NCBI GenBank assembly: GCA_046351555.1
Contig: JAXLYI010000029.1
Coordinates: forward strand, 109,727-165,768
DNA from: Polyangiales bacterium
GTDB taxonomy: Bacteria > Myxococcota_A > Polyangia > Polyangiales > Ga0077539
Reading direction: 5' to 3'
DNA: 56,042 nt
Position numbers and translations under genes: made by a program. Position 1 is the stretch's first letter; every line of letters starts with the position of its first letter. The notes below the pieces were generated by a model. That model was not told where the DNA came from. It searched no databases and saw only the letters and a list, made by a program, of their open reading frames with translations. Below, one piece after another: positions 27,509 through 37,014 of this stretch.

Positions 27509-30500
27509 GTGACCGCGCGTGACGTGATCGCCCGCGCCGTCGTCGTCGGCGCGCTCGCCTCCTCCCTCGCCGCCCTCGCCGACGTCGCGAGCACCGTGCT
27601 CTGGCTCGCGCCCGGCGCTGACCAGGCCCGCCTCGTCGCCGTCTTCCTCGCCGTGGGCGCCTCCGCCGGCGCGCTCATTTCCCTCGCCGCCGCCGCCGTC
27701 GACCGCCTCCTCGCCCGCCGCGAGCGCCGCCCCTCGCTCCGCCACGCCGTCGTCGTCGCGCTCCCGCTCGCCGCCGTCGCTGACAAGCTCTTCGACGGCG
27801 GCAAGATGCGCCGGCTCCCCGCCCAGATGCTCCTCCGCCCGCTCGCCGCGGTGGCGCTGGTGCTCGCCGTCTCGTTCGCCCTCACACGCCTGCGCGCGTT
27901 CGCAACGTCACTCCCGGGCCGCCCCGCGTGGCAGCGTCACGCGGTCGGCGGCGCCTCGATCGCCCTCGCCCTCGCGCTCCACGCGCTCGACCACCGCGTG
28001 CTGCCGCGGCTCTACGAGTACCTCCACGCGGGCCTCGGCGCCGCCACCGCGCTCGCCTTCGCGCTCGCGATCGTCGCGCTGACGCCCGTCGCCCGCGCGA
28101 AGCACACCACGCTGCGCCGCGCCGCCGTCGCGCTCGGGCTCGTGGGCGTCGTCGCCGGCGCGTGGGCCTGGGGCGCGCTCGACCGCTGGCCCAACGTGCG
28201 CGCGGAAACCTTCGGCCCGCACGCGCCCTACGTCCGCCACCTCGCGCTCGCCGCCGCCGCCACCGTGGGCGCGCCCGAGGCCCGCTCGATCGACCCGGTG
28301 GCCCTGCGCCGCGCGCGCCTCGCCCGGCAGCGCGCGCCCGTCGACCCGGCGGCCGCGCCGTCGTTCCCCGAGGCGCACGTGATCCTGATCACGGTCGACG
28401 CGATGCGGGCCGACCGGCTCGGGCGCGCGGTGCAGCGGCGCTCGATCACCCCGACGCTCGACGCACTCGCGGCGCGGGGCGTGGTGTTCGCCAACGCCTA
28501 CGCGCAGGCGCCGCACTCGAGCTACTCGCTCGCGTCGCTCCACACCGGGGAGTACCTGCACGAGACGCTCCCGCTCGGGCAGCGCCAGCCGCTGCCGACG
28601 CTCGCCCGCGCGCTCGCCGCCGCCGGGCGCCGCACCGCCGCGCTCTACACGCAGGGCGTCTTCTTCACCGAGGCCGAGCGGCTCACGGGCTACCGCGACG
28701 AGGACTTCGGCTTCGCCCGCGCCGTCCACGTCGACCGCGACGCCGACGCGCAGGCGGCCGCGGCGATGGCCGAAGTCGACGACCTCGCGCGGCGGGGCGA
28801 GCCGCCGGGCTTCCTGTGGGTCCATTTCTTCGACGCGCACGCGCCCTACCAGGGCCGCGGGGCGACGCCGGCCGCGCAGTACGACCACGCGGTGTCGCGC
28901 ATCGACGCGGCGATCGGGCGGCTGCTCGACCACGCCCGCGCCACCCTCGCGCGCGACCTCGTCGTCGCCGTCACCGCCGACCACGGCGAGGAGTTCGGCG
29001 AGCACGGCGGCGTCTACCACGGCTCGGCGCTCTACGACGAGCAGGTGCGCGTGCCGCTGGTGGTCGCCGCGCCGAACCTCGCGCCGGGAAGGGTGCTCGC
29101 GCCCGTCGAGCTCGTCGACGTCGCGCCCACGCTCGCGGGCCTCGCGGGGGTCGCGCGCCCCCCCTCGATGCGCGGCCGCGACCTGCGCCCGTGGATGCTC
29201 GCGCCGCCGACGCCCGGCGCCGACACGCCGCCGGTGTTCGCCGCGGTCAACACCCGCAAGATGGTGCGCCACGGGCAGTGGAAGCTCATCGCCGACCTCA
29301 CCTACGGCGTCGACGAGCTCTACGACCTCACCGCCGACCCGCTCGAGCGCCGCAACCTCGCGGCCTCCTGGCCCGACCGCCGCGCCGCCCTCCACGCCGA
29401 CCTCGCCGCCTGGCTCGAGTCCCTCGCCGACCGCGGGAGCGCGCGCGGCGCCGTCGCCCGCGGCCGCGTCGGCGACCGCTCCGCCGCCCCCGAGCTCGCC
29501 TCCCTCGCCAACGACCCGCGCGCCCCCGTCGCCGCCCGCGTCGAGGCCGTGGAGCTGCTGGAGGGCTTCGGCGACGCCGCGCTCGTCGCGCCGCTCCAGG
29601 GCCTGCTCGACGACCCCGCGTGGGACGTGCGCGCCGCCGCCGCCATCGCGCTCGGCCGCGCGGGCGACTCGAGCGCCGTCCCGCTGCTCCGCGACCTCGC
29701 GGTGATGGACCCGCCCTCGCTCCGCCGCCGCGCCGCGATGGCCCTCGCCCGCCTCGCCGAACCCGACGCCGTCGACCCGCTGATCGAGACGCTCTGGTCG
29801 CGCGACGAGAACGAGCAGCTCGACGCGATCCGCGCGCTCGGCCAGCTCGGCGACGGCGCGGCCACCGAGGCGCTGATGGCGGTGTTCCCCGACGACCACG
29901 TGCGCTACCGGGTGGTGCTGGCGCTCGGGCAGATGCGCGACCCGCGGTTGTTCGAACTGCTGGCCCACACGGCGCTGCGCGACCCCACCGACGACGCGCG
30001 GGCCAACGCGATCGCGGCGCTCGGGCTGCTCGGGGACCCGCGCGCGGTGCCGGTCATCGCGTCGACCATCCGGGTGAGCTCGTGCGAGCGCTACGCCGCC
30101 GCGGCCCTCGGCGCGCTCGGCGTGGTGGGCCCGGACTTCGACGGCTTCGACGCGCGCATGGCCGCGACCGTCCCCGAGGGCTTCGACGCCTGCGGCCCCC
30201 ACGAGGACGCGCTCGGCTGGCGCTACCTCGGCGCGCGGAGCTGCGTCGCCAAGCCGAGCGGCGGCCGCGTCACGCTCCCGCTCTACATCCGCCAGCCGGG
30301 CGTTCGGCTGGTGGTGCTCCGCGCGCGCCGCGACGACGGCGCCCCGGTGCGCGCGAGGGTTCTGCTCAACGGCGAGTACGCGGCGACGGTGACGCTGAAC
30401 GCGCGCTGGGACGAGTCGCGCTTCCTCGCGAACGTGCCCGCGGGCGACGTCGCGTTCGCGCTCGACCTGTCGTCCGCCGCGCGCAGCCCCGCGCAGGTGT

Positions 30501-30538
30501 GGATCGACCACGTCGTGTCGCTGCCCGCGCGGCGGTGA
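27509..30538 (+). CDS. membrane-anchored sulfatase / alkaline-phosphatase-superfamily enzyme fused to HEAT (PBS-lyase-like) repeats
   Basis: N-terminal multi-TM region. Metal-site motif ILITVDAMRADRLG, plus VTADHGEEFGEHG. C-terminal HEAT-like repeats (DPAWDVRAAAAIALGRAGDSSAVPLL etc.). Confidence 0.7.
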   Translation: MTARDVIARAVVVGALASSLAALADVASTVLWLAPGADQARLVAVFLAVGASAGALISLAAAAVDRLLARRERRPSLRHAVVVALPLAAVADKLFDGGKMRRLPAQMLLRPLAAVALVLAVSFALTRLRAFATSLPGRPAWQRHAVGGASIALALALHALDHRVLPRLYEYLHAGLGAATALAFALAIVALTPVARAKHTTLRRAAVALGLVGVVAGAWAWGALDRWPNVRAETFGPHAPYVRHLALAAAATVGAPEARSIDPVALRRARLARQRAPVDPAAAPSFPEAHVILITVDAMRADRLGRAVQRRSITPTLDALAARGVVFANAYAQAPHSSYSLASLHTGEYLHETLPLGQRQPLPTLARALAAAGRRTAALYTQGVFFTEAERLTGYRDEDFGFARAVHVDRDADAQAAAAMAEVDDLARRGEPPGFLWVHFFDAHAPYQGRGATPAAQYDHAVSRIDAAIGRLLDHARATLARDLVVAVTADHGEEFGEHGGVYHGSALYDEQVRVPLVVAAPNLAPGRVLAPVELVDVAPTLAGLAGVARPPSMRGRDLRPWMLAPPTPGADTPPVFAAVNTRKMVRHGQWKLIADLTYGVDELYDLTADPLERRNLAASWPDRRAALHADLAAWLESLADRGSARGAVARGRVGDRSAAPELASLANDPRAPVAARVEAVELLEGFGDAALVAPLQGLLDDPAWDVRAAAAIALGRAGDSSAVPLLRDLAVMDPPSLRRRAAMALARLAEPDAVDPLIETLWSRDENEQLDAIRALGQLGDGAATEALMAVFPDDHVRYRVVLALGQMRDPRLFELLAHTALRDPTDDARANAIAALGLLGDPRAVPVIASTIRVSSCERYAAAALGALGVVGPDFDGFDARMAATVPEGFDACGPHEDALGWRYLGARSCVAKPSGGRVTLPLYIRQPGVRLVVLRARRDDGAPVRARVLLNGEYAATVTLNARWDESRFLANVPAGDVAFALDLSSAARSPAQVWIDHVVSLPARR

Positions 30539-30567
30539 AGGGGGCGAATCGGTGGCGAGGCGCCGCG

Positions 30568-31560
30568 TCAGCGCGCGTCGGGGTCGGCAAGCCAGACAGC
30601 GAGGGCGTCGGGGGCGAAGTCGAGCACGACGTCGCCGAGGCGGACGGGGCCGACGGTGCGGAGGCGCTCGGCGATCGTCGCGCGCTCGCCGTCGGAGAGG
30701 GCGCGGCCGAGGCGGCGCTCGAACTGGTGCGTGATTGGGAGGAGACCCTGCGAGAGGCCCTGCGAGAGGCCCTGCGAGAGGCCCTGCGAGAGGCCCTCGT
30801 CGCGGGCCCGTGCCTGGTCCCGTTCGTATGCTGCCTGCACGGCGTTCATGAATTCCTCGTCCTCCTCGGTGCGCGTGGGCTGCTGGGCGATGTAGCTACG
30901 CCATTGTACCAGAACGTCCAGGAGCCTGTGCTCCCAGGCATCGGGCGGCAGTCGGCGCAGGGCTTCGACGGCACGCCGGAAGATCTCGCCGCGACCGAGT
31001 AACCGGCAGGCGAGCGTCTCCGGCGTCTCCGGCAGCTCCGCGGCGACCACCACCCACAGCCCGAGCTCGTCGTGGGTGCGGAACACCCCCGGCGGATGCC
31101 CCTCCGCTGCGCCGCACGCGAACACCTCCAGCGCCCCCTCGGGCCGCCCCGGCGAGATCACGATCGCGCGGGGCATCGGCGTCGACTTCGGTGGGTCGTC
31201 GCGCCGCCCCTCCAGCTCTCGCACGTGGTGCTGGACCCAGAGGCGCCGGACGCAACCGCGCACCGCCGGGACGGGCGGCGTGTTGCGGAAGGGCTCGAGG
31301 TGGCACTCGCGCGCGTCCACCAGCGCGCCGAGCAGGCCGCGCTGCAACCGAGCGGCGTGGTGCGCCGCGTCGGGCCGGAAGAGCACGTCGACCCGCTGCG
31401 TCGCAGCCCCACTCTCCACCCCGCGCTCCACCGTCCCCACGTCGCGCAGCGCCGTGACCAGCAGGTCCTTCCCCAAGGCGTCGTGTCGCTCGCGCATGGC
31501 CGCGCGGTCGTCACACGGTACGCGGGACGGCGCAAGGTGGACGTCGAACGCGGTGGACAT
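30568..31560 (-). CDS. Rpn/YhgA-like putative PD-(D/E)XK nuclease (Transposase_31-like), paralog 1, with 4x GLSQ tandem repeat
   Basis: N-terminal HDALGKDLL resembles the Rpn-family HDALFK box. C-terminus resembles DUF4351. Near-identical to the 34858..35814 copy. Confidence 0.55.
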   Translation of the reverse strand: MSTAFDVHLAPSRVPCDDRAAMRERHDALGKDLLVTALRDVGTVERGVESGAATQRVDVLFRPDAAHHAARLQRGLLGALVDARECHLEPFRNTPPVPAVRGCVRRLWVQHHVRELEGRRDDPPKSTPMPRAIVISPGRPEGALEVFACGAAEGHPPGVFRTHDELGLWVVVAAELPETPETLACRLLGRGEIFRRAVEALRRLPPDAWEHRLLDVLVQWRSYIAQQPTRTEEDEEFMNAVQAAYERDQARARDEGLSQGLSQGLSQGLSQGLLPITHQFERRLGRALSDGERATIAERLRTVGPVRLGDVVLDFAPDALAVWLADPDAR

Positions 31561-31624
31561 TGCGTGACCGCGCCGGGCGGTGTGAGGGTTCGCAGCCTCG
31601 CCTGCGACCGACGCGCGAGCCCCG

Positions 31625-32566
31625 CTACGGCGCGGCGGCCGGGGCGTGCGCGTCGATCCAGCGCTCGAGGTCGGCGGCCACCTGCTCGCGCTCGGGCTCG
31701 TGGAGGAGGTCGTGCCGCAGGCCGCGGTAGAGCAGCAGCGTGTGGTCGGCGTGGCGCGCGCGGCGAGCGAGCTCCGCGGTGCCGCGCGGGTCGGTGAGGC
31801 GGTCGTCGGTGCCGTGCGCCCCGAGGAGCGGCACGTCGAGCGTGTCAGCCCGCGCCCAGATGCGCTCGATGGCGGCGGTGATGGTGGCGGCCGTCCGCGC
31901 GGGCGCCGGGTCGTGGAAGATGAGCGGGTCGTCGGCCATCGCGCGCACCGCGTCGGGCGCGCGGTAGAAATCCGCGTCGGGCGTGTCGAGCAGTCCCGCG
32001 TTGGGCGTGAGGATCGCCGCCACCGGCGTGGCCGCGGCCTCGATGGGCGAGCGGTCGACGCGGAGCGCGGGGGCCAGCAGCACGAGGCCCGCGAGCGAAG
32101 GGCGGCGCTCCAGCGTGAAGAGCGTCACCGCCGCGCCCCCCGCGCTGTGCCCGAGCAGGAACACCGGCCGCCCCGGCTCCCGCGCCCGCACCCGGTCGAG
32201 GAAGGTGCCGAGGTCGTCGAGCAGCGCGTCGACGCGGTCGAGCGTCGCCCGCTGCCCCGCCGAGCGCCCATGCCCGCGCATGTCGTAGGCGTACACCGCG
32301 AGGCCGCGCGCGACGAGCCGCGCCGCGAAGGGCGCGTAGTGGTCGCTGTGGCTCTTGAGCCCGTGGTGGATCACCACCACCGCCCGCGGCGTCCCCGCGG
32401 GGTGCCACGACTGTTCGAAGAGCGCGACGCCGTCGGCGCCGGTGAAGCTCCCGTGGCGGTGCGAGGCGTCGTCCGCGGCCGTGGCCGGCGGGCGGAGCGC
32501 GAGCGTCGGCGGCCCCCCGCACGCAGTGAGTGAGAGCGCCGCGGAGAGTACGACGTGGAGCTTCAT
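31625..32566 (-). CDS. alpha/beta-hydrolase lipoprotein (lysophospholipase / monoacylglycerol-lipase-like)
   Basis: Signal MKLHVVLSAALSLTACG. HG box VVIHHGLKSH. Nucleophile GHSAGG. Late GAHGTDD...H. Confidence 0.75.
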   Translation of the reverse strand: MKLHVVLSAALSLTACGGPPTLALRPPATAADDASHRHGSFTGADGVALFEQSWHPAGTPRAVVVIHHGLKSHSDHYAPFAARLVARGLAVYAYDMRGHGRSAGQRATLDRVDALLDDLGTFLDRVRAREPGRPVFLLGHSAGGAAVTLFTLERRPSLAGLVLLAPALRVDRSPIEAAATPVAAILTPNAGLLDTPDADFYRAPDAVRAMADDPLIFHDPAPARTAATITAAIERIWARADTLDVPLLGAHGTDDRLTDPRGTAELARRARHADHTLLLYRGLRHDLLHEPEREQVAADLERWIDAHAPAAAP

Positions 32567-33267
32567 CGCGCCCCCGTGAGGTCGAGGCCCAGCACCACGC
32601 CCACCGCGCGGGCGCCCATGAACTCCCGGTACACCACGCCGAGCGACGGCCCCGCCCCCGCGCTGGTGCTCGACCAGTACTGGTGCTGCTTGCCGAGTCG
32701 CAGGGAGATCCCGGCCTCGGCCTCGTCGGCGAAGGGGAGCGTCGTCGACCCGTCGCGCCGTCGGTCGTCGCCGAGCACCCACGCGGCGTGGGCCCAGGCG
32801 AGGAGGCGGACGGGCCCGAGCTGCTGCGTCACGCTGAACTCGACGGGGAAGCGCCCCGCGAAGGGGACGGCGTCGCCCACGGCCCCGAGGCCCGCGCCGC
32901 CGGTGAGGCAGAGCGCGTTGCCGCGGCCCCAGCGAACGCCGCCGCCGAGGAGGTACGCGGTGACCCCGTAGGCGAAGCCCGCGTCGGCGCCGCCGACCTC
33001 GCCGTCGAGCCCGCCGCACCACGCGGCCGTCCGCCCGACGAGCGCGCGCGTGCGGAGCGAGAAGGCCCCGGCGTTGGCGAACGCGCCCGCGCGCCCCGAC
33101 TCCACGACGCGCGTGTAGCCGAGGCGGAGCGAGACGTCGAGGTGGTGCGGGAGCTCGCCGCGGAGCTCGTCGGGGCGCGCGTACTCGGCGCGCTGCGCGG
33201 CGGCGACGGACGGCGCGGCGAGGGCCGCCAGCGCGAGCGCGCAGCCGGTGAGGGAGGTGGTGGACAT
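32563..33267 (-). CDS. secreted Gly-rich protein, possibly a small beta-barrel
   Basis: Signal MSTTSLTGCALALAALAAPSVAAA. Stop overlaps the downstream hydrolase start (ATGA). Confidence 0.5.
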   Translation of the reverse strand: MSTTSLTGCALALAALAAPSVAAAQRAEYARPDELRGELPHHLDVSLRLGYTRVVESGRAGAFANAGAFSLRTRALVGRTAAWCGGLDGEVGGADAGFAYGVTAYLLGGGVRWGRGNALCLTGGAGLGAVGDAVPFAGRFPVEFSVTQQLGPVRLLAWAHAAWVLGDDRRRDGSTTLPFADEAEAGISLRLGKQHQYWSSTSAGAGPSLGVVYREFMGARAVGVVLGLDLTGAR

Positions 33268-33384
33268 GCGGGACCCCGGTGGGTGCGGAGGAGGCGCGGA
33301 CGATCGCACCGGCGCGGGGCCGCGGGCAACGGGGGAGTTGGGCAAGTCGAAGAGAGCGCGCTGGATGCGGCGAGCGCGCCTGGG

Positions 33385-34788
33385 CTACCGGCAGAAGCCC
33401 CACATGCACGTGAGCCCGGCGCCGCAACGGCCCACGAGGCAGCAGATCTGGCCGCGGCTGCCGCAGTTGCAGTTCCCCATCACACACGCGCCGCTCGCTG
33501 CGCAGGCCCGGCCGCAGGCGCCGCAGTGGGCGTCGTCGGAGGCGGTGTTCACGCAGCGCCCGCCGCAGACCGTCTGGCCCGAGGGGCACCGGCATGTCCC
33601 ACCCACGCACGACGCACCCGTGGGGCACGCAGTGCCGCAACTGCCGCAGTTGGCGACGTCGGTCATCAGGTTGGTGCAGCCGGCGCCGCACACCGACTGG
33701 CCCGTTGGGCACTGGCAGCCGCTCGAGACGCAGGTCTGGCCCGTGCCGCAGACGCGCCCGCACGACCCACAGTTGCGCGGGTCGCTCGTCGGGTCGACGC
33801 AGGCGCCGGCGCAGGTGATCCGCGGTGAGTAGCACGAGGCCGCCGTCGCACAGTCCCCAGACACGCACGCGCGCCCCGACGGGCACGTTCCCCCACAGCG
33901 CCCACAATGGGCCTGCGTGCTGAGGAGCGGCACCTCGCAGCCGTTGGCCTCGGTCGCGTCGCAGTCGCCATAGTTCGTCGCGCACGCGAAGCCGCACGCG
34001 CCTGCCTGGCAGGTGGGCGTGGCGTTGGCGCGCGCCTGACACGCCACCCCGCAGCCGCCGCAGTGCATGAGGGCGGTGGCGGTGTTCACCTCGCAGCCGT
34101 TGGCCTCCATCGCGTCGCAGTCGGCGAAGCCCGTGGCGCACGCCGGCCGGCACTCCGCCGCGACGCAGGCGGGCGTGCTGTTGGGGCGCGCGGCACAGGC
34201 GCGGCCGCACATGCCGCAGTGGGAGGCGCTGGTGGTGGTGTCGACCTCGCAGCCGTTGGCCGCGTTGCCGTCGCAGTCCGCGGCGCCCGCCTGGCAGACG
34301 CAGCGGCCGAAGGTGCACGACTGCCCGTCGGCGCACTGCTGGCCGCAGCCGCCGCAGTGCTGGGGGTCGATCTGCGTGTCGGCGCAGAGCTCACCGCATC
34401 GCGTGCGGCCCGCCGGACACACGATGTCCGCCGCGTCGTCGCCCGCGTCCGCCGCGCCGTCGCCCGTGTCCGCCGCGTCGTCGCGGGCGTCACCCGCGTC
34501 GACTTCGTCCGGGGCGTCCGCGGCAGCATCGTCGTCGGCGACGTCCCCGTCCGCTGCGTCGCCGTCGTCCGTCGCGCCCGCGTCCTCGTCGAGCACATCG
34601 TCGCCCGTCGCGGCCTCTTCGTCCGCCGCGTCGAGGCCGCCGTCCGCGTCGCCGCCGTCCGCATCGGCGACGACCTCCGGCCCCCACCCCGCGTCGCCGC
34701 TCGACGCCGGCCACCGCAGCGAGCAGCCGGCGAGCACGACGAACACCAGCGCCCACCGCCCCCACGCCCGCGACGCCGCGACATCCAT
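33385..34788 (-). CDS. secreted Cys-rich repeat lipoprotein (paralog of 21665..23500 family)
   Basis: Signal WALVFVVLAGCS. Acidic D/A-rich linker. More than 8 repeats of CxxxxxDxxNCGxCGxxC. Confidence 0.65.
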   Translation of the reverse strand: MDVAASRAWGRWALVFVVLAGCSLRWPASSGDAGWGPEVVADADGGDADGGLDAADEEAATGDDVLDEDAGATDDGDAADGDVADDDAAADAPDEVDAGDARDDAADTGDGAADAGDDAADIVCPAGRTRCGELCADTQIDPQHCGGCGQQCADGQSCTFGRCVCQAGAADCDGNAANGCEVDTTTSASHCGMCGRACAARPNSTPACVAAECRPACATGFADCDAMEANGCEVNTATALMHCGGCGVACQARANATPTCQAGACGFACATNYGDCDATEANGCEVPLLSTQAHCGRCGGTCPSGRACVSGDCATAASCYSPRITCAGACVDPTSDPRNCGSCGRVCGTGQTCVSSGCQCPTGQSVCGAGCTNLMTDVANCGSCGTACPTGASCVGGTCRCPSGQTVCGGRCVNTASDDAHCGACGRACAASGACVMGNCNCGSRGQICCLVGRCGAGLTCMWGFCR

Positions 34789-34857
34789 CGCGGCGGATCA
34801 CAGCGCAGCGCCCCTGCGCCGTCAAGCGCGCGGAGCGGCGGCGGGGCGGAGGCGTCG

Positions 34858-35814
34858 TCAGCGCGCGGCGGGGTCGGCGAGCCAGGCGGCGAGGGCGTCG
34901 GAGGCGAGGTCGAGCACGACGTCGCCGAGGCGGACGGGGCCGACGGTGCGGAGGCGCTCGGCGATCGTCGCGCGCTCGCCGTCGGAGAGGGCGCGCCCGA
35001 GGCGGCGCTCGAACTGGTGCGTGAGTGGGAGGAGGCCCTGCGAGAGGCCCTCGTTGCGGGCCCGTGCCTGGTCTCGTTCGTATGCTGCCTGCACGGCGTT
35101 CATGAATTCCTCATCCTCCTCGGTGCGCGTGGGCTGCTGGGCGATGTAGCTGCGCCATTGTACCAGAACGTCCAGGAGCCTGTGCTCCCAGGCATCGGGG
35201 GGCAGGCGCCGCAGGGCTTCGACGGCACGCCGGAAGGTCTCACCGCGGCCGAGGAGCCGGCAGGCGAGCGTCTCCGGCGTCTCCGGCAGCTCCGCGGCGA
35301 CCACCACCCACAGCCCGAGTTCGTCGTGGGTGCGGAACACCCCCGGCGGATGCCCCTCCGCTGCGCCGCACGCGAACACCTCCAGCGCCCCCTCGGGCCG
35401 CCCCGGTGAGATCACGATCGCGCGGGGCATCGGCGACGACTTCGGTGGGTCGTCGCGCCGCCCCTCCAGCTCCCGCACGTGGTGCTGGACCCAGAGGCGT
35501 CGCACGCAGCCGCGCACCGCCGGGACGGGGGGCGTGTTGCGGAAGGGCTCGAGGTGGCACTCGCGCGCGTCCACCAGCGCGCCGAGCAGGCCGCGCTGCA
35601 ACCGAGCGGCGTGGTGCGCCGCGTCGGGCCGGAAGAGCACGTCGACCCGCTGCGTCGTCGCCCCGCTCTCCACCCCGCGCTCCACCGTCCCCACGTCGCG
35701 CAGCGCCGTGACCAGCAGGTCCTTCCCCAAGGCGTCGTGTCGCTCGCGCATGGCCGCGCGGTCGTCACACGGTGCGCGGGACGGCGCAAGGCGGACGTCG
35801 AACGCGGTGGACAT
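34858..35814 (-). CDS. Rpn/YhgA-like putative nuclease, paralog 2 (1x GLSQ)
   Basis: Differs from paralog 1 at roughly ten residues plus the GLSQ copy number. Confidence 0.55.
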   Translation of the reverse strand: MSTAFDVRLAPSRAPCDDRAAMRERHDALGKDLLVTALRDVGTVERGVESGATTQRVDVLFRPDAAHHAARLQRGLLGALVDARECHLEPFRNTPPVPAVRGCVRRLWVQHHVRELEGRRDDPPKSSPMPRAIVISPGRPEGALEVFACGAAEGHPPGVFRTHDELGLWVVVAAELPETPETLACRLLGRGETFRRAVEALRRLPPDAWEHRLLDVLVQWRSYIAQQPTRTEEDEEFMNAVQAAYERDQARARNEGLSQGLLPLTHQFERRLGRALSDGERATIAERLRTVGPVRLGDVVLDLASDALAAWLADPAAR

Positions 35815-35912
35815 TGCGTGACCGCGCGAGGTTAGGCGCCGGCGGGGCCGCCCCGACTCTGCCCTCTCAGCGGACGATCACCCCGCCTGCGCCCTCGGCG
35901 CCGCGCGCTTCA

Positions 35913-37010
35913 TCAGAACGCCCCGCCCACCGCGGCGCCGCCCACCCCCGCGCCCACCAGCGGCGCCACCGCCACCCGCGCCGCCCGCGCGCGCGGCGCC
36001 ACCGCCACCAGCACCACGCCCGCCACCGCGAGAACCCCACCGCCCACCCCGAACGCGATCGCCATCGCCCGCGCCTGCGCGTGCGCGTCGCAGAGCGAGG
36101 CCGCGCCGCGCGCGTCGGCGTTGCCCGCGTCGGCCCGCGCCCGCTCGCACACGTCGTCGATCGAGAGCGCCCGCGCGCCCGCCGCGTTCGCCGGGTTGAT
36201 CGCGTCGGCGTACCGCGCCCACGCGCCGCCGTGGTCGCCCGTTCCGTTCGCCGCGTCGTCCGCGTACCCGCTCGTGTTCGCCCACTGCCACGCGCTCACC
36301 CCGAGGCTCACCGCGCCGACGCCCACCAGCGACCACCCCACCACGCGCGGCCACGTCGGCGGCGCCATGTCGTCACGCGCCACATCGCCCGCACCCGCCC
36401 CCGCGCCCGGCGTTGCGTTCTCCACCGCTGGCGGCGCCGCGAGCACCACCGTCACCGTCTCGCTCGCGCCCGCCGCGAGCCGGACCGCCCGACGGAACAC
36501 CCCGCCGCCCGCCACCCTCACCTCCACCACCCGCTCGCCGGGGAGCACTTCGACGGGGGTGTTCCACTCCGCCTCGGGGAGGACTTCGCCGTCGAGTCGC
36601 ACCTCCGCGCCCGCGGGAACGCCCGCCACCCGCACCCGCGCGATGCGCGCGTTGATGCGCTGGAGCAGCACCGTGCACCGCGCCAGGATGCGCTCGCGGT
36701 TGTTGAGCGCCGTCTGCGCGGTGGCCTCGCGCACGCACGTCTCCGCCGCGCGCGCCGCGTCGACGAGGTGCCGCGCCTCCCCCTCCCCCGCCAGCGCCTC
36801 GTGCTCCTCCGCGAGGAACATCCGCACCGACGGCGTCATCTGCATCCTCCCCGCCGCCTCCGCCGCCGCCAGCGCCTCGCCGTGCCGCCCCGCCCGGCTC
36901 GCCGCGTCGGCCCGGTCGAGCAGCTCGCGCCGCGTCGGTGCGCCCTGCGCCGCCGCGGTCGTCGCCGCCAGCACCACCGCCCCACCCACCGAAGCCGTCC
37001 ACCCTCGCAT
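35913..37010 (-). CDS. secreted/membrane protein of unknown function, co-transcribed downstream of the Ser/Thr kinase
   Basis: Signal MRGWTASVGGAVVLAATTAAAQG. Helical N-domain. Two C-terminal TM segments. Start lies 4 nt after the kinase stop. Confidence 0.5.
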   Translation of the reverse strand: MRGWTASVGGAVVLAATTAAAQGAPTRRELLDRADAASRAGRHGEALAAAEAAGRMQMTPSVRMFLAEEHEALAGEGEARHLVDAARAAETCVREATAQTALNNRERILARCTVLLQRINARIARVRVAGVPAGAEVRLDGEVLPEAEWNTPVEVLPGERVVEVRVAGGGVFRRAVRLAAGASETVTVVLAAPPAVENATPGAGAGAGDVARDDMAPPTWPRVVGWSLVGVGAVSLGVSAWQWANTSGYADDAANGTGDHGGAWARYADAINPANAAGARALSIDDVCERARADAGNADARGAASLCDAHAQARAMAIAFGVGGGVLAVAGVVLVAVAPRARAARVAVAPLVGAGVGGAAVGGAF

Positions 37011-37014
37011 GCGT

